This document shows, in pieces, positions 57,950 through 64,000 of a stretch of DNA of 64,000 nucleotides. The notes below the pieces were generated by a model. That model worked only from the letters and a program-made list of their open reading frames with translations, was not told the DNA's origin and did not search any database. Numbering within the stretch: position 1 is the stretch's first letter; the number at the start of each line of letters is the position of its first letter. Source of the DNA: Polyangiaceae bacterium (lineage in GTDB: Bacteria > Myxococcota_A > Polyangia > Polyangiales > Polyangiaceae); the NCBI GenBank assembly GCA_965222375.1, contig CBDCTZ010000016.1, forward strand, positions 2,624,001 to 2,688,000. The letters run 5' to 3'. The translations under genes and the position numbers were made by a program.

Positions 57950-58987
57950 CTAGTGCAGCCGCGAGCGCCGGTTTTTTCCGGCGCGGTGCTTTTCGGCGAG
58001 CGCCAGGTAGTCCAATGCCGGGGCGCACGTGGTCCCCGGCGTCGTGCCAGCGACCACCTCTGGCAGGCTCTCGGTCAGGCGACTCAGTTCCTCGGGCGCG
58101 GTGGATCTCCCACTCGACCGGAGCTCGTCGTGGGCTGTGGCCAATTCCACCACGAGAGAGCCGCGGGCATGCCCGCGACGAATCAATTCAGCGTAGCTCC
58201 GCGCCAGCGCGTCTGCATCGAAGCGATGCTCCCGAACCAAGTCCGCAGCCACGCGCAAGATCCCTTCGACGTTCAACAAGCGGTCTTCCCCGAGCACAAG
58301 GGCGGCTTGGAAGTAGTTGTAGAAGGGCACGACCCGGGCCCCGTACAGGTCAAAGCGGCTGGGTGGGCTCTGGCGATCCAGATGGATGAGGATGCGCTTC
58401 ACGATAGGCGCTCGGACCAGGTTGTCCGCGGCTGTGAGGCACATTTCTGCCTGATCCGCGTACAAACGGCCGCGCTCAAGGATACGGACGAGTTCGGAGC
58501 GCGTGACCCGCCCGGCGCAGATGTCTGCGAACAAAGAGTAGACGAACGCGTCTGCTTCAGCGTCGTCGCCGACCAACACTTCGGCGGTATCGCTGCCTGG
58601 GTTGAGGCGCTGGTCCCGTGCTCGCGCGGTGAGCAGTGTTGGCAACTTGTAGCCGAGTTGGTCGCGAAGGGCTCGGAATCGCAACCTCGCGACGTTGCTC
58701 AGGTTGGGTTTCAGCGTCAGTTCATTCCAGCGGACCCGGTCGATCAGGAGCTTCTCTTCCAGGCGTCCACGCATCTGCCGCGGGCTGCCACTGAGGATGT
58801 GGATGTGCGCGCCGGTGGACGAGAGCTCCCTGAGCAAGGCGGCAGCGCCCGGCACGCTGCGTTTCCGATCCGGTCTTTCGATGGCGGTTTTCAAGAGATC
58901 CCGCCCCGTGTCGAACTCGGTTCGCAGATAGGTCTTGTCCAGATCCCAGCGTGCGACCAACCGCACTCCAGTGTCGGCGTCGGTCAC
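57950..58987 (-). CDS. HAD-like phosphatase domain protein (App1/DUF2183-like)
   Basis: WDLDKT (DxDxT), VPGAAALL, ILSGSP, GYK, LVGDDAEAD..VY. GTG 58987 overlaps the kinase stop. Confidence 0.72.
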   Translation of the reverse strand: MTDADTGVRLVARWDLDKTYLRTEFDTGRDLLKTAIERPDRKRSVPGAAALLRELSSTGAHIHILSGSPRQMRGRLEEKLLIDRVRWNELTLKPNLSNVARLRFRALRDQLGYKLPTLLTARARDQRLNPGSDTAEVLVGDDAEADAFVYSLFADICAGRVTRSELVRILERGRLYADQAEMCLTAADNLVRAPIVKRILIHLDRQSPPSRFDLYGARVVPFYNYFQAALVLGEDRLLNVEGILRVAADLVREHRFDADALARSYAELIRRGHARGSLVVELATAHDELRSSGRSTAPEELSRLTESLPEVVAGTTPGTTCAPALDYLALAEKHRAGKNRRSRLH

Positions 58988-61647
58988 GACGCCCAAGCGC
59001 GACGGGTGTCGTTGAGCTTGTCGACCAGGTCGAATGCCCCCGACTCCGTTGCCGTTTCAATGGCCTGATTGATGAACCCGATGGCCTCGTCCGAGCGTCG
59101 TCGACCGTGGGCGACGTGCGCGAGCCCACTGAGCACCCGGGCGCGATCCGCGCCGCTGGGGCCTGCGAAGTCCAGAGCTTCTCGCAGTACGCCCTCTGCG
59201 TCGGCGAAGTTGCCGCTGCGCGTCAGCGCCATGCCCAGCTTGCGCGCGAATATCAGTACCGCGCGCATGGGGTCATCGAGCTCTCCCCGCGCGATCTCTC
59301 GCCGCGCGACTTCTAGTCCGCGGCGCAACGCTTCAATTTCCGTGGCCACGTCACCCCGAGGCGATGCCCGGTCAGCAACCTGCTCCAACAAGAGCAGCGC
59401 TTGAAAGGAGTCGCCGCACTCGAAAGCGTGAATGGCCTTCGCTTCAAGGGGGGCCGAGCGTTCGTCTGCGTTGTGTAGCGCCCGTGAGTGTAGCTCCTTG
59501 CGAACCGCCGCGGGCAAGCCTGCTAGGACGATTTCCCGGAGAAGAGGGTGCGACGTCGAGGCTTGGCCATTGTCCCGGGTGATCATTCCGGCGCGTTCCA
59601 ACGCATCGAAGGCTGCGTCGAGATTCGAGTTGCCGGTGAGCAACTGCGCCACGCTTTCGGCGAACACTCGGTCGCCTAGCACAGCCAAAGCCTGCAAGGC
59701 GCGCCGCGGCTCGGGCTCCAGCGTGTCGATGCGCAAGGCGACGAGATCACCGAGCCTCGTGGGCGGATCCTGCCCGCCGTCCGACGCGAAGCGAGTCAGC
59801 TGCTCCACGTACATGGGCAAGACGCCCCGGCTGTCGCCGTCGCTCAAACTCGGGGAGCCCTGCACGCGGCGCAGCAGGCGGGACAGAGCCGGGGGAGGTA
59901 GGCCCGCCAACAATCGTGCGCCGTGACTCGAGCCCCAGCCAGACTCGAAGCCGGGCACATGGCTGCACACCACGAGCAAGTGCACTTCCGGGGGTTCACT
60001 CAAGGCATCTGCGAACGCAAACCGGCTGGGTGGGTCCACCCGGTGGAGTTCATCCACGCACAGTACGATTCGCTGCTTGGATTCCTGGGCTGCGGCGACC
60101 ATCAGTGCCCAGCGCAACGCTTCGGCCACAGCGAAGCGACGCTCAGCCGGTGTCCTCTCGTCACCCCCGCGGGCACGTCCAAACACATCTTCCAAGCCTC
60201 GCCGAGCTTCCGGCGAGACGTCCTTCAGGTCTTCGAGCTTGACCTGATCGTCGATGTTGGCGAGCCTCATGACTGCAGCCCGCACTGTGGAAAAGGCGAC
60301 TTCCGCCCAGAAAGGATCCGGGCCCACACGCACGACGTTGTCGCCATCCGCACTGGCTCGCTGGAGGAATTCTGCGAGTAGACGGGTCTTGCCGCTGCCC
60401 GGTTCGCCCACGACCCTAGCCCCGACGACTTGGTCGGCGGCTTGCCGGCGCCGGTCGTCCAGCCAGCTCAAATCGTCGTCCCGGCCTACAAAGGTGAGTG
60501 GGAATAGGGTGATGTCTGGGGATTGGCTGCGCACGGGCAGCCTCGCGCCACACTCGCAGCAGAAGCGCGCCACGGGCACGATCAGGTTGCAGGAAGGACA
60601 GGGGGTCGTCGTTCCCTGGACCAAGGACATCGGCGGGACCGAAGCGCTGCTATCCGGTGGACCGCTCTCCGCGAGGGTGAGTGCTTCCTTCAGAGCGTCA
60701 GCGAACTCGTGGGCGTCTTGGTAGCGTTCCTTGGCATCCTTCTTGAGGGACTGTAGGCAAACGTCCACTAGGGGATCCGGAATGTCTCGCTCAGGTGCGA
60801 CCTGTCGCGGATCAGGCACCGGGATGGAGAGGTGCATCATCACGACTTGCGTGGGACTGTCCGCTTCGAAGGGCAGCCGACCCGTGAGAAGTTGAAACAG
60901 GATCACGCCGACGGCGTACAAATCGCTGCGACCATCGATGGGATCGCCACGACCCTGCTCGGGCGCCATGTAATCTGGCGTTCCGCAAACGATCCCGGGG
61001 CTCGTGACGTTGGTGGCGTGGTCGTCGCCGGCTTTCAGCTTCGCCAGGCCGAAATCCACGACCTTTACGAAGTCGCCGCCGCGGCGCAGCGGCTCCAAGA
61101 TGACGTTCTCGGGCTTCAAGTCCCGATGCACGATTCCGAGGTCATGCGCTTCCCCCAAAGCGGCAAGGACTTGGCGCAACACGTCCACGATCCGCGAAAA
61201 CGGTAGCGGGCCCTCCTCCCAGGCAACTCGTGCGAGGTCTTTCCCCCGCAGGAACTCCATGACCAGGTAGGGTTGCTCATCGTCCGTCCGTCCAAAGTCG
61301 AAGACTGCAACGGAGTTCGGATGATTCAGCTGGCTGGCTGCTCGCGCTTCCGTCATGAAGCGCACGGCAGAATTCTCGTCCGCCAGAAGGTGGGGATGGA
61401 TGACTTTGACCGCGACCGTGCGCCCCAAGACGCTCTGCTCTGCCCGGTACACTCGACCCATTCCACCGACACTGATCAAATCGATCACGTGATAGCCGCC
61501 GGGCAGAGAGCGACCGATCAGCCGATCTTCCCCAGCCTTGCCTACGGTCCCCACCGGGAATCCGCACGCAGGGCAGTAGTGGTGCTCGGTGGAGCAAGAG
61601 GCCCCGCACTGCGGGCACGGTCTCACGGCTTCGGGAGAGCTAACCAT
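58984..61647 (-). CDS. Ser/Thr protein kinase with Zn ribbons, P-loop ATPase and C-terminal TPR-like region
   Basis: CPQCG..CPACG, GGMGRVY, VAVK, HRDLKPEN, DFG, GTPDYMAPE, second CPSC..CCECG, FVGR, GEPGSGKTRL, LCVDELH, TPR-like tail. Confidence 0.93.
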   Translation of the reverse strand: MVSSPEAVRPCPQCGASCSTEHHYCPACGFPVGTVGKAGEDRLIGRSLPGGYHVIDLISVGGMGRVYRAEQSVLGRTVAVKVIHPHLLADENSAVRFMTEARAASQLNHPNSVAVFDFGRTDDEQPYLVMEFLRGKDLARVAWEEGPLPFSRIVDVLRQVLAALGEAHDLGIVHRDLKPENVILEPLRRGGDFVKVVDFGLAKLKAGDDHATNVTSPGIVCGTPDYMAPEQGRGDPIDGRSDLYAVGVILFQLLTGRLPFEADSPTQVVMMHLSIPVPDPRQVAPERDIPDPLVDVCLQSLKKDAKERYQDAHEFADALKEALTLAESGPPDSSASVPPMSLVQGTTTPCPSCNLIVPVARFCCECGARLPVRSQSPDITLFPLTFVGRDDDLSWLDDRRRQAADQVVGARVVGEPGSGKTRLLAEFLQRASADGDNVVRVGPDPFWAEVAFSTVRAAVMRLANIDDQVKLEDLKDVSPEARRGLEDVFGRARGGDERTPAERRFAVAEALRWALMVAAAQESKQRIVLCVDELHRVDPPSRFAFADALSEPPEVHLLVVCSHVPGFESGWGSSHGARLLAGLPPPALSRLLRRVQGSPSLSDGDSRGVLPMYVEQLTRFASDGGQDPPTRLGDLVALRIDTLEPEPRRALQALAVLGDRVFAESVAQLLTGNSNLDAAFDALERAGMITRDNGQASTSHPLLREIVLAGLPAAVRKELHSRALHNADERSAPLEAKAIHAFECGDSFQALLLLEQVADRASPRGDVATEIEALRRGLEVARREIARGELDDPMRAVLIFARKLGMALTRSGNFADAEGVLREALDFAGPSGADRARVLSGLAHVAHGRRRSDEAIGFINQAIETATESGAFDLVDKLNDTRRAWAS

Positions 61648-61850
61648 TGACTTGGGTCACGTCGGCCCGTGGGCCGCCAGAGCGCAAGTATCAGGCGGAT
61701 CTATGCTGAAGAAAAGGCCTGGTGGGGGCCGAGGGTGGTCTGGTAGGGGCGAACGCTGGGGTCCACATCCGGCTGATGGCCTCGACGTTGGGCCGCGAAA
61801 CCCCCGAGTTTTTCGGGTGCCTCGCGGGATTGGGCTAGACTCCGGCGGTC

Positions 61851-62786
61851 ATGGCGGCGCCGCGAGTACTCCTCGGAGAAATGCTGGTTGAGGCGCAGAT
61901 CGTCAGCCGCCAGCAATTGGAGGAGGTGCTCAACCTCCAAAAAAAGGACGGTCGGCGCTTGGGCACCCTGTTGGTCGAGATGGGACTCGTCACGGAGACC
62001 CAGGTCACCCAAATCCTGAGCCAGCAGCTCAGCGTCCCTTGGGTCAGCCTCTACCACATTGACTTCTCCCGTCAGCTGCTCGACCTCGTGCCCCGGGAGG
62101 TCGCCGAGCGGCACTGCCTGGTCCCCATTTTCGTACGCCGGGTTCGAGGGCAGGGCAACACGCTCTACGTTGCCATGGACGATCCCGCGAACACGCAGGC
62201 TCAAGAGGAGGTGTCCTCCTTTGCAGGCCTGCCAGTTCGATCGATGATTGCGCCGCCTGCGGATATCCGTTCGGCAATTCGCGTCTACTACGGTGGTGAG
62301 CCGGCTGAGATTCTCGCGCCGGGGCCGACCAGTACCGCGACCGCTCCGGCGACGAGTCCAACGCCACCGCCGAAACCGAAGCCCGCGGCCGAGCCGGAAC
62401 CCAGCTCTCCCGTCGAGGCTCCAAGGCCACGAAGGGAAACCCCACCACCGGAGAGCGGGCCTGCGATTTCTGCTCGGGAGATCGAGATGCCGCGGCCCAA
62501 GCGCGGCGGCACTTCAAAGATGATCACCTTGACGTTGTTGGATGGGACGCAGGTCAACCTGCCGGCGCGAGGCGCCAAGAAGCAGGAAGCCAAGAGTGCC
62601 GACGATGTGTTGACGGCACGGGACTTGGTTGCGGCGCTGCGGGCCGTTTCTCACGGCGCGGACGCCAGCGAGATCCTCGGAGAGGACTTGCATTGGCAAG
62701 CAATGTTCGCAGCGCTACTCAGCGTCCTGCTTCGAAAGCACCTGATCGCCGATTGGGAGTTCGTCGAAGAATACAAGAAGATCTAG
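61851..62786 (+). CDS. MshEN/T2SSE_N-domain protein without ATPase (candidate c-di-GMP receptor)
   Basis: Tandem motif LLGEMLVEAQIVSRQQLEEVLNLQ-x5-RLGTLLVEMGLVTETQVTQILSQQ, then VP..VA.RH.LVP, LYVAMDDP, a Pro-rich linker and a C-terminal ALL..LL.K.LI...EF helix. Confidence 0.85.
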   Translation: MAAPRVLLGEMLVEAQIVSRQQLEEVLNLQKKDGRRLGTLLVEMGLVTETQVTQILSQQLSVPWVSLYHIDFSRQLLDLVPREVAERHCLVPIFVRRVRGQGNTLYVAMDDPANTQAQEEVSSFAGLPVRSMIAPPADIRSAIRVYYGGEPAEILAPGPTSTATAPATSPTPPPKPKPAAEPEPSSPVEAPRPRRETPPPESGPAISAREIEMPRPKRGGTSKMITLTLLDGTQVNLPARGAKKQEAKSADDVLTARDLVAALRAVSHGADASEILGEDLHWQAMFAALLSVLLRKHLIADWEFVEEYKKI

Positions 62787-62788
62787 CG

Positions 62789-63958
62789 CTACTTCTCGGT
62801 TTGACGCAGGGCGCCCGCGGCCTCGAGATCAAGCACTTCGCACTCGGAAAACCCGGCTTCTTTCAGGATCTGAGCGCTGTGTTCGCCGTGCTTGGGCGCC
62901 TGCTTCACCGGGGAATTCTTCGCGGTCACAGGTGTTCGGTACACGCCGACGCTTCCTTCAGCGAGTTGTAGATCCCGAAACAACTCTCGCGCCTTGACGT
63001 GGGCGTCGTTGCGCAGTTCGTCGGGGCGTAGGATTGGCTCCAAACAGCAGTCGTGCTCCGCGTTGAATGCTTCCCACTCCTCACGGGTGCGTGAAGCGAT
63101 TACGTTTGCGAAGCGTTGCTGGAGTTCGTCCTGATGCTCCCCGGGTAGAAGTGCCGTCATATCGACCTCCACGCCGACGGCCCCGCAGAACTTCAACAAG
63201 AACTTCGGTTCCAAAGCGCCCAGGGACATGAACTCGTCGTCCTTCGTGCGGTAGGTTTGGTAGGGAGCAATTCCGCCGGTCAGCAATTCCGCACCACGGA
63301 CGGGCGTTTCGCCACCGAGCAGCCGGCCAAACGGGATCGTGGCGAAGGGGATCACCGAATCGAACATGGCGATATCGAGCAACTGCCCGCGCCCGCTATT
63401 GTCCCGCTCTCGCAACGCCGCGAGAATCGCGATGACCGCCCACATGCCGCCGGACACGTCGGCGAGCTGGAATGCGGGCAGCGCCGGCTTGTCCGAAGCT
63501 GGGCCTTGCAACCCCAGTAGCCCGGCCCGGGCCATGTAGTTCAGATCGTGGCCGGCGCGATCCCTCAAGGGCCCGTCCTGACCGTAGCCCGTAAGCGCGC
63601 ACAGGATTAACCGCGGGTTGTCTTCGAGCAGTCCGTCGTGTCCCAGGCCGAGGCGGTCCATCACGCCAGGGCGGAACTGCTCGAATACGACGTCGTAAGA
63701 TGCCACCAGTTTTCGAAAGGCCTCTGAACCCTTGGGGTTCTTCAGATCCAGCGCGAGGCTGCGCTTGCCCCGATTCAGAATGTGAAAGGCCGCTCCCATC
63801 TCGTCCGCGACCGGTGGTGTATGGCGCAAATAGTCGCCTGCGCCGAGGTCCTCGACCTTGTCAATCTGAGCACCTAGATCCGCGAGCACCAAGGTGGCGA
63901 AGGGGCCCGGGAGCAGTCGGGTCAGATCGAGCACACGAACGCCGTCCAGTGCAGCCAT
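62789..63958 (-). CDS. CaiB/BaiF CoA-transferase (family III; alpha-methylacyl-CoA racemase-like)
   Basis: LDGVRVLDLTRLLPGP, LADLGA, NRGKRSLALDLK, EQFRPGVMDRLGLG, TGYGQDGP, GHDLNY. Confidence 0.95.
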   Translation of the reverse strand: MAALDGVRVLDLTRLLPGPFATLVLADLGAQIDKVEDLGAGDYLRHTPPVADEMGAAFHILNRGKRSLALDLKNPKGSEAFRKLVASYDVVFEQFRPGVMDRLGLGHDGLLEDNPRLILCALTGYGQDGPLRDRAGHDLNYMARAGLLGLQGPASDKPALPAFQLADVSGGMWAVIAILAALRERDNSGRGQLLDIAMFDSVIPFATIPFGRLLGGETPVRGAELLTGGIAPYQTYRTKDDEFMSLGALEPKFLLKFCGAVGVEVDMTALLPGEHQDELQQRFANVIASRTREEWEAFNAEHDCCLEPILRPDELRNDAHVKARELFRDLQLAEGSVGVYRTPVTAKNSPVKQAPKHGEHSAQILKEAGFSECEVLDLEAAGALRQTEK

Positions 63959-64000
63959 CTTCGTCCTCAGCGGCCCAGACGTGCGCGATGAGTTGCGACC

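Noticed and set aside
805..59068. Long antisense or alternative-frame ORFs (e.g. 805-1572, 6934-8286, 13865-15115, 21318-22223, 50022-51494, 54498-55610, 57908-59068)
   Set aside because: They overlap well-supported genes, carry no recognisable motifs and are expected shadows of high-GC codon usage.

Overview
GC-rich bacterial chromosome segment, very likely from a myxobacterium (Polyangiales/Sorangiineae-like). The inference rests on MYXO-CTERM-like tails, giant Cys-rich surface proteins, FHA-DUF4388, an MshEN protein, a Ser/Thr kinase-ATPase-TPR protein and a sigma54 activator. The housekeeping backbone is FKBP, metG, pdp, egtD, speA, gltX, ccmB, nadD, hisD and a CoA-transferase. Five accessory elements interrupt it. 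(1) A complete IS66 element at 5898-8900 with 22-bp IRs, an 8-bp target duplication and a passenger gene. (2) A three-gene Cys-rich surface-protein operon at 11693-23048, divergent from a WYL regulator. Two tandem genes carry different vWA heads on a shared ~3-kb stalk whose central ~2.3 kb is almost identical, and an FGE/C-lectin-fold lipoprotein follows. (3) A TPR-rich sigma54 enhancer-binding protein translationally coupled to a small lipoprotein with two P(S/T)PYPW motifs, followed by an orphan membrane histidine kinase. This is a candidate peptide-signalling system. (4) A tandem pair of ~1,560-aa metzincin-type lipoproteins, one with an intact HExxHxxGxxH/Met-turn and one with both catalytic positions substituted, each behind its own sigma54 promoter. 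(5) A lone 36-36-36 nt repeat-spacer-repeat after metG. No rRNA, tRNA, cas or reverse-transcriptase gene was seen. All family assignments come from reading motifs by eye, not from database searches. Several starts were moved downstream of the ORF-track starts.
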